A DNA stretch of 64,000 nucleotides from Sphyrna mokarran (Eukaryota): positions 8,866,001-8,930,000 of the forward strand of contig JAGIQG010000040.1 in assembly GCA_024679065.1 (NCBI GenBank). Direction: 5' to 3'. Within the stretch, counting starts at the first letter, position 1. Every line of letters starts with the position of its first letter. Below are positions 1-10,740 of the stretch, piece after piece. The notes under the pieces are model-generated. The model made no database searches. It worked only from the letters and a program-made list of their open reading frames with translations, and was not told the DNA's origin. The translations under genes were made by a program, and so were the position numbers.

Positions 1-166
1 CTTCGTGTCTAAAGGACTGGAGTGTAGGGATGTAGATGTTATGCTGCAATTGTGCAAAATCCTGGTTGGACCCCATCTAGTGTACTGTGTGCAGATATGG
101 CCACCACAACTTTGGAAACATTTTGGCACTAGGAGGAGTTGAACACAAGTTCACAAGAATTTTAAG

Positions 167-793
167 AAGGCATATGGAGTCTTAGCTTTTATTGGCAGGG
201 GGATTGAATTTAGGAGCCGCAGCATCATGTTGCAACTGTACAAAACTCTAGTGCGGCCGCACTTGGAGTATTGTGTGCAGTTCTGGTCCCCCCATTATAA
301 GAAAGATGTGGAGGCATTGGAGAGGGTACAGAGGAGGTTTTCCAGGATGTTGCCTGGTATGGAGGGCAGGTCTTATGAGGAGAGGCTGAGGGATTTGAGG
401 TTGTTTTCGTTAGAAAGGAGGAAGCTAAGAGGGGACCTGATCGAAACATATAAGATGATTAGAGGTTTAGATAGGTTGGACAGTGATAGCCTTTTTCCTA
501 GGATGGAGAAAGCTAGCACGAGGGGACACAACTTTAAATTAAGGGGTATGAGTTATAGGACGGATATCAGAGGTAGGTTCTTTACTCAAAGAGTGATTAG
601 GGAATGGAATGCCCTTCCTGCAGCTGTCGTAGATGCGCCAAGTTTGGTGGCGTTTAAGAGGTTAATTGATAAGTATATGGAAGAGAAGGGAATGGTTTAG
701 TTTTGGAGGGGCATTGCTTTTTATTTTGGTCGGCACAACATCGAAGGCCGAAGGGCCTGTTCTGTGCTGTAATGTTCTATGTTCTATGTTCTA
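167..793 (+). mobile_element. Young CR1-clade LINE, 5'-truncated 3' fragment, nested in an older CR1 fragment (1-166 and ~795-1160)
   Basis: ORF 227-700 is a CR1 ORF2 C-terminus ([20 protein letters not shown]...TRGH...FFTQRV..WN.LP). 3' tail ggccgaagggcctgttctgtgctg...(ttctatg)n. Confidence 0.95.
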
Positions 794-2699
794 ATTATAC
801 CTTATTTTCAGGAGAAATTGGGAGTTTTGTCTTTCAAATTCGAAAAATGAGGGGTGCTCTGACAGAAATCTAGAAAATCTTTACGGGGTAGGACAGGGCG
901 GATAAAGATTATTTTTCAAAATATTAAGGCTGTAGCATAAAAGAGCATTATTTAAAGAAAGGACAAAGCTGTTCTGGAGATTTGATCGAAAGCATTTCTA
1001 CACACAGAGAGTGATGGACTTTTGGAGCTCTCTCTCTCATAGGCGATTGGGTGTTGGTTCAATTATCAGATTTATGTCTGAGATCTTCTTTTACTGAACA
1101 GGGATATCAAGGAATATGGGCCAAGGGTGGGCACATAGAGTTTGGCTCAGATCAGACCACACACAAACAGTCACTCAAGGTTGGAATCGAACCCGTTTCC
1201 CTGTGACTGTGAGGCAACAATACTAATTATATCTGTCAGTGATAGGCACAATGTTTTTTTTTATTCTTCTCTCATGTGAGTCTGATTACTATTTGTAACA
1301 GGAATATTTCACATATCAGTTCTTTTCGTTTTAACTTGTCTAATTGAAGATAATTGGATCATCGATCAATTTAACATTCAGTGGAATACCAGCCTATACA
1401 CAAATACTTTATTTATTGTGACATCAGAACTTCCAAAGCAGATTCTTAAATAGAATATATTTATTTATTTAATTAAATAACATCTGGCGTAATGTATGTT
1501 AAAAAAGGTTTCTATTAATTTTGAATCAACCCATGATAGTCTGAAAATAAACCATTGTTTTGTGTTGAAACTGATCAATAAGTGACGATTTATCTGGTTT
1601 TGCTGTCATGAACATTTCATTCTAAACAGTGAAGTGTTTATGTAAATCAATAGAGAAATAGAAATCTCAGATTAGATTGTTGACTGACAAAAACGCAACA
1701 AATATTTCCCCACCGACACAGCACAGAAATAGAGACAGCCCTCATGCAAATCAATTAACGGATTCCAGAAATGATAGTTATTTCTATATTATTCATTCAT
1801 CAATTATATGAAGAAAAAAATCATGACAATATCTATGCACAGAATTAGGACAAAAATCGCTCTGATCCCGAAATATAATAACACGGCAAATGGCTTCGTG
1901 GAAATTTCCTGTGTTTCATCTCTCTCTCTCTGTCTTTCTCCTGTCCAGTTCTGTTGTTTGTCCCTTCACGATAGTTCATCGTCTTCACTCCACTACCTGA
2001 ATTCAATTCAATGTTGTTCAATGTATTCTCTCAGCTAGAGTTAAAAGGAATGCAATGTAAAGAATTAGAATCCACGAGGGAGATTTACTCAAAAAAAAGA
2101 TATCTTGAGGATTCGAGGATCTTAGGATATTTTATACATTTTACTCTATATGTAATCTGTGTTATACCTCGTAACAAGGATTCGATGTGGCCTATCAAAA
2201 AAAAAATCCCTTATTTATCCCTGCCCTTTCGCTGTTTGACTGGAGAGTGTGGAGGAATTTTTACTCTGCATCTAAACTGACGTGCCTGCCCTTTGAATGT
2301 TTAATCCATACCTAGTCTCTGCTGTATCTGAACTAGTATATTTTATGGGACTGTCTGAAGAGTCCTTCCCTCCACTGAATACCAATTCAAACTTGTCTCC
2401 CAAATCTCTGAAGGGAAAATGCAGAAGTGGTTTTACCTAAGAGATATTTCCTGGCCTGTATGCCTTCATTGTGTTTGACCAGACTCCACATGGGGTTTTG
2501 CTCTGCTTCAAGACAGTCGAGAAGCAGAGTGAATGTTTTCCAGGAATGTTTGATTTTGATAATGAGAGGCAGATTCACTTTGTATCTAACTCATGCAATC
2601 CCTGCCTTGGGATTGCTATATTTGGCAATGCAGGGGGTATTTTACCCCATGTTACTCCTGTCCTGTGAATCTTTGATGAGGCTGTAGGCCTTTTCTCCA

Positions 2700-3050
2700 A
2701 ATTTCATGGGGACTAAACCGGTCTCTTTATTAGACAGTAATTTTACCCCGTGTCAGCTGCTATTATATAAGGTAATGCCTTCGTTTATGTTGCACTAGAC
2801 CCTATCTCTACACATATAAAACGAGATACTTCCTGTGATTATACTAATTTAGACCCTGTCCCTGTTTATATTATATATCAACATGTTTCAGTTTATATCA
2901 AACTAGATGCTGTATCCGTTCATATCAATTTAGCCTGTATCTGTTTTATTAAACTAAATGGAGTCTTATTTCTGCACTTGACCCTATCCACGTTTATATT
3001 TCATTGGACATGGTCTCTGTTTTTACTGCACTGGACAATGTCAGTACTGA
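2700..3050. repeat. Degenerate ~27-30 bp minisatellite (actagaccctgtctctgtttatat-like)
   Basis: Recurring tagaccct/gtttatat motifs; resembles the reverse complement of the 4.5-4.9 kb repeat. Confidence 0.5.
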
Positions 3051-3467
3051 AGAAAGTGTTTGCGGGGATATTATTCTCTGCATCCTCCTAAACATGGAAC
3101 GCCATGAGGTCTTGGGCACCTAGAAAAGAAACAGTGCTATCTGAAATCCACTTCTGCTAACTACATTGAAAATGGATACCAAGACCTGTATATCATGCAC
3201 TGTCAACACAGAACAAAGGATAAAGAAAGTTACAGCAGAGGAACAGGCTCTTCAACCCTGCACTGACCAAATACTGTCGATCCAATTTCCCCGTTTCAGA
3301 ATCTTGCCAAATGCCAGTGTTTCTAATCAAATATATTATCTCTTTTTCTCGTAGAACCGCGGGGTAATGCAGGCATAGTCCAATCAGAGGCACAGTTAAG
3401 TGCAGGAATAACACTGACACAGTCTAATGAAATGGGTACAGCGTCAGGATCAAATATTACACAACCA

Positions 3468-4281
3468 GAAAGAACAAAGAACAAAGAACAAAACAGCACA
3501 GGAAACAGGCCTTTCGGCCCAACGAACCCGTGCCGCCACCTCGATGTTCCCACTTCTACCCGCTATCCCTGTCCATGTTTATAGATCTATGGATTAAAAA
3601 CCAAATTTGAGACAATTTAGGGAGAATTTGTTTAGCTAATTACCCTAACAGCACATCTTTGGGATGTGGGAGGAAACCGGAGCCCCCGGAGAAAACTCAC
3701 GCAAGCACGGGGAGAATGCACAAACTCCCACAGACACAGGCCCAAATCTATGTATCTGCACAGCACAGCGATAGTCACTGAGCTGTCGTGTTGCCCATCA
3801 GATGGTCCAGGTCAAGCATACACTAACGATGTGAAGCAGTAGGATACTCTCAAAAGGTCCAAGAGCAGTCCTCTCACAACCCATCGCGTGCATGCCCCTC
3901 GTTAGACAACAAGGTGGACCAAAGCACCTGTAGGATAAAAACAAGTACATCAATATCATCATCTATTTACAGACTTCCCAGGGACTCCCAAAGCTCATGA
4001 TCCCTATTTTAAATCAGTTTTTTTATACCCCTCCATTCCCATTCTGTTCATGTGCCCATCTAAGTATTTCTTAAATAACTCCAGAGTACCTGCCCCCACC
4101 ACTTTACTTGGCAGTGCATTCCATACCCCCACCACCCTCTGTGCGAAAAAACTCCCTTAGCATCCAAATTGTACCTTACCCCACTCACCCTAAGCCCGTG
4201 ACCCCTCGTGCTATTCGAGTCCATCCTAGGAAAAAGCTTAGCCCTGTTTACTCTATCTATCCCCTTCAAAATCCTGTACAC
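3468..4281 (-). mobile_element. CR1-clade LINE 3' end with a V-SINE-like segment inside its 3' UTR
   Basis: ORF2 end at 4060-4281 (TRGHGLR). V-domain-like ggagtttgtgcattctccccgtg...ctccggtttcctcccaca at ~3665-3735. (ttctttg)n tail. Same layout at 60793-61432. Confidence 0.8.
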
Positions 4282-4479
4282 TGTACCTAGTGCAATATAA
4301 ACTGACAGTATTAACAGGGGCGGACTCTATTTTAACATAATTGGGGCTCTAGTCAAACAAAATTGAAGTGGCTTAGCCCCGAGTGTCACGTGGGGACGGT
4401 GAAAGGTCAAAGCTGATATTTTCAGTAACACCCACATACCATGCAAGAAATATTTCAAATATTTATGACGATGTCAGGA

Positions 4480-4870
4480 GAACTGAGACTGTGCCTTGTG
4501 CAGTTTTACTGGATATAATGGTTGGAAGATATAAAATGAAACAGAGCCCAGTAATGAATGATACTGGACCTAGACTTCTTTAGACTGAGACAGAGAGAAG
4601 TTCATTAGTAATAATTACTAATACAGGACAGAAAGAGATATAAACTGAGACAAAGCCCAGTGTATTTGCAATGACAACTAATACAGGACAAAAACAGATA
4701 TAACTGAGACAAAGCCAAGTGTATTTGCAATGATTACTGGTATAGAACCTAGACTGATGTATACCTCTTGGACCATTTGAGAGTATCCTACTGCTTCACA
4801 TCGTTATTCAGTTTATTTGTAATAATTACTGATATAGGACCTAAACTGATACACACTGAGATACAGACAA
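4480..4870 (+). repeat. ~60 bp degenerate tandem repeat
   Basis: Units such as gatataaactgagacaaagcccagtgtatttgcaatgacaactaatacaggaca recur at about 4638 and 4698, with more diverged copies on both sides. Confidence 0.75.
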
Positions 4871-6210
4871 TGCAGCAATTTAAAGGTATTGCAAAATGCA
4901 CTGATAACTGAAAAGTGGCACAGTCTTAAATAGACAAATACACGAACTGATATAGCGTTAATGTAAACAGGATTTAGTTTATCAAAATGTAATGAACTAT
5001 TAGCATAATAACTGTCACATCTATAATGTATGAAGGCAGTTGGCCCAATTTAGTTTACAGTGGGAAATGTTCTGAGGCAGTAATAATTGAGACAACGCCT
5101 CTTGTCAAATAAGTAGATATATGGTCAGTGCAGCTATAATTTAGAAATTATAAAACAAGCAGGGCCTGTGCCTCATATATAAACATGCAATATTGAGCCG
5201 AGTATGAGAAAAACTTAGATATGACCTCCAAATGTGATCCAAGCACAGTATGATGTAATACAGACAGAGTCAGAGGAGAGTTTAATATAGGCAGCCATTG
5301 AAACCATAATTATTTTATTCCCACAATAAGAACACATTTTAAATCGTAATGATTCTAATCAGATATTTTCTTTAATGCCCTGTTCATTGTGTGAGTAAAT
5401 AGTATTGGAAAACAATAAACTGACCAGATGCTGTTTCATTTATATAACTTTCGAGTAAACGCCATTCCAATAATTAAAACCTGTTTGTGAACAATTTTAC
5501 AAAGTGCGAAAGAGAGAGATGTTGATGGTCACAATCTCCCAATCTAATGAGATCAGTGTAATGGCAAATTATTTTTTAAAAATTCATAAAACTGCCTTGA
5601 ACAACGGGGACTGCTGAAATATAATGAAACTTTTACACCTCATTTAAGCGACAGCGTTTCTTATACGTGATTAGCACTGTATTATTTTACAGTGAATTCG
5701 ATTATTTAACAAACTCTATCATAGTCGCCAATGAGTGGATAATTGATCAGTTCATAACCTGGTTGAATTGAAGGTAAAACACTTATTCTTGTGATCATGT
5801 TTAATGTGCCAAAAAGCCCTGATATCCTGTGTTCCCAATATCAGTGAATGTTACACAGCCGGTGGCCAATATAATGAGCTGTAATGCGTTAGATGCTGAA
5901 GGAGAACATTACTGATCGCCTTGTGCGTTCCAATTCATTACATTCTCTGTCAATTTCGCAGTCAATTTCATGTTTCTCTGTCAGCTCACTATTTAATTGT
6001 CAAACAGTCTTGCTTGTTTCACTCTTAATTTACACAGAGCTGTCTTACGCTCAGAGACGTTTCGAGAAATGTCAGCAGACACTATATAATGCGAAGAAAT
6101 TCGTGTTATCTTCAAACCCAAAATGTACAATGATAGCCATCCACACTGTAAGTAGAATGTCTTTGTTCATCCGCCACATTTAGTTACAGAAATCGATAAC
6201 AATTCCTCTT

Positions 6211-6385
6211 ATCATAGAATCCGTACAGTGCAGAAAGAGATCATTTGACCCATCGAGCCTGCAGCGATAGCAATCCCACGCAGGTCCTAAGCTATCCCAG
6301 TAACCCCACATAACTGCTAAGTCTCCTGACATTAAGGGACAATTTGTCATGGCCAATCAACCTAATCACCAAATGTTTGGACTGA
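6211..6385 (-). mobile_element. SINE 3' fragment (HE1/V-SINE-like with CR1-type tail)
   Basis: atcatagaatccgtacagtgcag...ttaagggacaatttgtcatggccaatcaacctaa; similar copies at 13660-13865 and 63020-63215. Confidence 0.65.
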
Positions 6386-6714
6386 TAAATTATGCTTCAT
6401 TATTGTTATGTGATAGAATTATTGCAAAATAGACTGACGGTCCATTTAGTTTCTGAAAGTGTAATTCCAACATTTTTAGATTTGATTTCTGCTTACGGGA
6501 GTGATAAGAAAAAAACCATATTTACAATGCAGTTAGTCTTTTTAAAATAAAGAAATGACAAATTGAAATATCATGATGAGAAATAGTGGAGACATTACAA
6601 TGAATTGATTCAGCCAAACAAACATCTCGATAAAGATAAAATGTCAATTTTGATATTAACCTATTGTAAATCTCGGAGTCCATTCTGTTGGGGGTGTGGA
6701 AGGTGGGATGTGGA

Positions 6715-6788
6715 TCCAGGCGCCGCCTCCAGCAGGGAATCAACAGGCGGCGCCTGGAAAGCCGCCCCCTTCTGCCGGGAATTTAAAT
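6715..6788 (+). promoter_or_regulatory. Putative VH promoter: GC-rich 14-bp inverted repeat plus TTTAAAT TATA-like box; no octamer
   Basis: tccaggcgccgcct (6715-6728) and aggcggcgcctgga (6745-6758); tttaaat at 6782-6788, ~95 bp upstream of the leader ATG. Confidence 0.55.
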
Positions 6789-6878
6789 GCCGCTCACGGG
6801 GACCGGAATCCAATAGTCCGGGAGCTGGTTTGTTCACTGAGTTCCTGACACAACCATTTCCCCCAAATCACCAGAAAA

Positions 6879-6917
6879 ATGAGGTTTCTCTTAGTTTGTT
6901 GTTGACTTTCTTATCGG
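6879..6917 (+). pseudogene. IGHV: IgH VH leader exon, frameshifted
   Basis: ATG at 6879, donor gtgagt at 6918. The exon is 39 nt instead of the usual 46. The ATG frame stops at TGA 6903-6905, and SLSLLLTFLSG lies in another frame. Confidence 0.85.
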
Positions 6918-7047
6918 GTGAGTAATATTTTATTGTCTCAATCTCTCACTGTCACTGTCTCCCTGTTCGTCTATCGCTGAAATGTTTCAGAAACAGCAAT
7001 CATTTCATCAGGATTAATCCTCCGGCTTTTTGATATATTTTTTACAG

Positions 7048-7352
7048 GTGTCCAGTCGGAGATTGTATTGACCCAGCCAGAGGCAGAGACCGCGCGTCCC
7101 GGAGAATCCCTGAAGCTGACCTGTAAAACCAGCGGCTTCGATCTTGGCAGCGCTTACATGAACTGGATCCGGCAGGTTCCCGGACAGGACCTGGAGTGGC
7201 TGCTGCAGTACTATAGTTCATCCAGCAACGGCTACGCCCCTGCAATTAAGGATCGATTTACTGCGTCCAAAGACACTTCAAACAACATCTTCTCTTTGGA
7301 GATGACGAGCCTGAAGACCGAAGACACCGCCATCTATTACTGTGCAAGACAC
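7048..7352 (+). CDS. IGHV: Unrearranged IgM VH exon (open frame)
   Basis: Acceptor tttacag at 7041-7047. Translates [25 protein letters not shown]...[12 protein letters not shown]...[10 protein letters not shown]. Confidence 0.97.
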
Positions 7353-7391
7353 CACAGCGAGAGGATCCAGGGCTGGACCCGAACAAGAACA
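7353..7391 (+). other. VH 23-RSS
   Basis: Heptamer cacagcg 7353-7359, 23-nt spacer, nonamer acaagaaca 7383-7391. Confidence 0.92.
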
Positions 7392-7735
7392 ACTCGAGAG
7401 GGAATTCAGCAACTTCCAACATAACCTGAAGGTAAATATCTGTTTTAAATGTAATATTAACGACAGTGGTCAGAACCAAACCATAATTTTTTTTTTAAAT
7501 ACGCAGAAAGCATTTAACTGTACAATTCAACAAACTTACCGATATTAATGGGAAGAGCTTTTCCCTGAGTTGAGATTTATTGTAGTTTCATCAAGTACAG
7601 CGCTGGATACATTAACCCTTTTAACTTTTCTGTTACATTGTGTTATACGAATAGTTGCCTACATTTTAAATTAGAACAAAACTAATGGTCCATTTGAAAT
7701 GAATATTGAGCGACAGTACTGAACAGAGTGAGTGC

Positions 7736-7819
7736 AGTTTTTGTCCGGGCCTGTGTCACTGTGATACCACACTGAAGGAATCACAATGCTTAGCAAAGCC
7801 ACATCCTCATACAAAAACC
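7736..7819 (+). other. DH1 segment (coding 7764-7781, ataccacactgaaggaat) with 5' 12-RSS and 3' 22/23-RSS
   Basis: agtttttgt-12-cactgtg [D] cacaatg-22-acaaaaacc. Confidence 0.92.
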
Positions 7820-8124
7820 TCAGAACGATTTTGCTTAAATTTATGATCAATGCCATTGCCGAAAGCCAAACTAACGAGAGTTCAACAAAATAATAGGTAG
7901 AAGCAGCGTTGTGTTTTTAAGATATAAAATACTTCAACTTTATTGTTATTGATTTACATGCTGAATGTGCACAGAGTGTAAAAGTTTCTAACCCCCTTTA
8001 TCAATACAATGACTGTTAAAAAGAAATGAAATATCTCACTGACCTAGTCTTAATGAGGTGGAAACAGGCTTTTGAAATACCAGTGAAATTAATTATCTGC
8101 ATTTTACAGTTAACAGTCTGCCTC

Positions 8125-8192
8125 AGTATTTGTCATGCTGTGTCTCACTGTAATAACAGGATGGCACAACAGTTACTGTCAATACAAAAATC
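8125..8192 (+). other. DH2 segment (coding 8153-8164, ataacaggatgg) with 12/12 RSS; 5' heptamer mutated
   Basis: agtatttgt-12-cactgtA [D] cacaaca-12-acaaaaatc. Confidence 0.88.
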
Positions 8193-8513
8193 CCTCAGCA
8201 CTGACTGACTGAAGCTGGATCAGTGTCACTTTTAAATTCCAAGTAGAATCACAGTACAGTATTAGTTATGTCCAGCACTGACCGCATGACAAGAATGAAA
8301 ATGGAAAATCTTGATAATTACTCAATTAGCAGTTGGTGTTTTCAACACGTTCATGTGTTATTCTGTGAAATATAAAACATTAGTGTCATTCATGAATGCA
8401 AATGGTGTCCAGGAATAGAATTATAATTTAATGAACATTAATTGACTTTGCTTTTCTTTTGGTTTGTGGATATTTAAAAGAATGATGGTTTTGTATCTAT
8501 TTTTTTCAGGGAT

Positions 8514-8552
8514 GGTTATTGTATGATACAGCCCAGGGAATGTGAGACTGTG
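8514..8552 (-). other. JH 23-RSS
   Basis: ggttattgt 8514-8522, 23-nt spacer, gactgtg 8546-8552. Confidence 0.9.
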
Positions 8553-8600
8553 ACTACTACGACTACTGGGGGCAAGGCACCATGGTGACGGTGACTACAG
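8553..8600 (+). CDS. IGHJ: JH segment
   Basis: YYDYWGQGTMVTVTT with WGxG motif; donor gtaaga at 8601. Confidence 0.96.
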
Positions 8601-8889
8601 GTAAGAAACGTGCACTTATTGAGTTTATATGCGCCTTTGCTTTATATATTTGTCCATACTAATAATCCATTTAGTAACATAAATATGGGTTTGGTGGATT
8701 TTTGATTGAGAATTTTTCAATGTTTCTTGTGATTCTGCCTCAAAGAGGTTTTAGAATTCCGCTGTTTCTTGACAATAGGTGCTGCTGAGGGATTCAATTC
8801 CAAGTTGATGTGATTTTGTGTTTATCTGTTGAGGTTATTGTGTGGCTGGGTTACCTTAAAAGCCGAACGTCAGTTAAACAATTCAGCGT

Positions 8890-10740
8890 TTCGACAATGT
8901 TTAATCTTGGTGACACCTAGTGGCTGCGAGTTGTACTATCTATACACAAATGTTTGAAATCTAACACAATATTTTTTAAAACGTCCTAAAGTTTCTAAAT
9001 TTATCTAGTGAAAATGTTCCACTCACACAATGCTGGTGCTGCTATCCAGTATTTTCTGGTTATTGTAAACATTAATTACTTTGGTGATCGACGAATTGGC
9101 TGGAATTTATATGAAGCATTTCTGTCAATGTTACTTTTGATTCTTTTGGAAGTGTTTGTAGAATTGTGCTGCTTCTGCATGAAATGGTGTTCAGTATTTC
9201 AGTGATGCGTTTTATTTTTCTGGTGAGGAGATTATGTATTTGGGTGACTTTAAATATGTAAAATTTGTGAATTAATTTGTTTCTGCATTGTTCGAACTTA
9301 GTGAGGCTGAGCCGTTACACGTTTTGTGATTGAACACGAACATTCTGTGGTTTGCAACTGCAGACAGAAATAAAGCAGGCTTTATTGTATGTGTATTTTT
9401 AAATTTTTTAGTGATAACGCCTTACGCCACTCGTTCAGAACATTGTTTGTCACTTCATTCACGATTTGAGGTACCTGCAATGTTTAATCTCGGTGGCATT
9501 TGATGGCTGGAACTTTTACCATCCAAATGTTTAAATATGTTTGAAATATGACCCAATAGGAATAAAATGTAATAAAGTTTCAATTTGTTGGGTATATTCC
9601 ACCTCCTCGCAGTGTCATTGCGATTATTCCAGATTTTTGTTTAGTTTAATAATTGGTTTAGAGCTGGTTTGCTAGATTCGATATTGAGATTTTTTGCAAT
9701 GTTACATTTGATTCTGTTGAATGGATAATTGAGCTGCTTATCCGTGAAACTGATTCATTCCCTCATTGATGTATTTTGTTATGTTTCTGCTGAGGAGATT
9801 ACGTGGTGCAGTCACTGACTATGTTTAAAATTTGTGAAATGGTTTGGCTTTGTGGCATTATTTCTGCGTTGTTTAAATAGTGTTTTAACGGTGCCGTTGA
9901 AAGCTTAAATGTTTTCTGGTTGAACACAAACAATCTTTGAATTTGAAAATCTTTGTAGGGAGAAAACAAGCATGTTTGAAAAAAAAAACTAAAACATATC
10001 GCAGCATTTTTATAAATTTTAACTAACACTCGCAAATTCAAGTAAATCATGACTTCCAACGCTCATTCGAACAGTAAGTCTTTGCTGCAATCACAAACTT
10101 CTCAGGAACAAGTTTTATATTAAAAATATTATAAATCAAACTATTATTAATCAGTAATATAACTCCAGATTCACCTAAGATTATTTTATGTTAATAATTT
10201 TACAACAATTCCTTTTAAATGTTTTGTTGTGCTTTTCGCACAATTAACATGAGAGGAAAATTTTCAAAACTAAAAATATTTTGTGACAATTTCAGAAGCT
10301 ATTTCAATGACAACATGATGTTTTCACAGCCGCGCTGAGTTGAATAAGATACTTTACATTAATCGTTACATCCCAGATTAAATTTGCATTCACTAGAATA
10401 CGAGTTTTGCAGAATAAGACGTTACTTTTTAGCAATTTTTTGGCAGTTGCAACCAGGTTATTCCTTCCAAGTATTCTTTCCTCGTTTAAATTAGATATCG
10501 AGATAATTAATTACTAATTTCATCTCAAAATTTGTGAAATGGTTTGGCGCTTTTCAATTGTTTTTGCATTGTTTCAACTCAGTGATACTGAGCGTTTCTG
10601 CCTAACTGGAAATAAAAATGCGTTTGAATATTCTTGTAGGGTTAAAACGAAAAAGATTTCGGGGAAAAAATAAAATAAAATATATGTTAGGGCATTTTAT
10701 TCATGTTAACTGATGCTGACATATTAAAATACATCATAAA
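8890..10740 (+). repeat. Old ~580 bp tandem duplication at the 5' end of the JH-Cmu intron (two copies plus a partial third)
   Basis: caatgtttaatct(t/c)ggtg at ~8895 and ~9478; tgaggagatta at ~9224 and ~9791; aaaatttgtgaa at ~9260, ~9827 and ~10527. Confidence 0.75.

Noticed and set aside
1744-1751. Octamer ATGCAAAT here, and at 8396 and 35105, as Ig regulatory sites
   Set aside because: A few perfect octamers are expected by chance in 64 kb of AT-rich DNA, and none is at the VH promoter.
4480-4870. CRISPR-like repeat array
   Set aside because: Vertebrate DNA; whole units are degenerate tandem copies with no unique spacers and no cas genes.
6605-6925. 106-aa ORF ending in SLSLLLTFLSGE as an alternative long leader
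   Set aside because: It runs through the promoter upstream of the TATA-like box; only its end is the out-of-frame leader remnant.
7768-7774. cacactg as the D1 3' heptamer, which would give a 4-nt D
   Set aside because: No nonamer at 12 or 23 nt; cacaatg at 7782 has a perfect nonamer at 22 nt.
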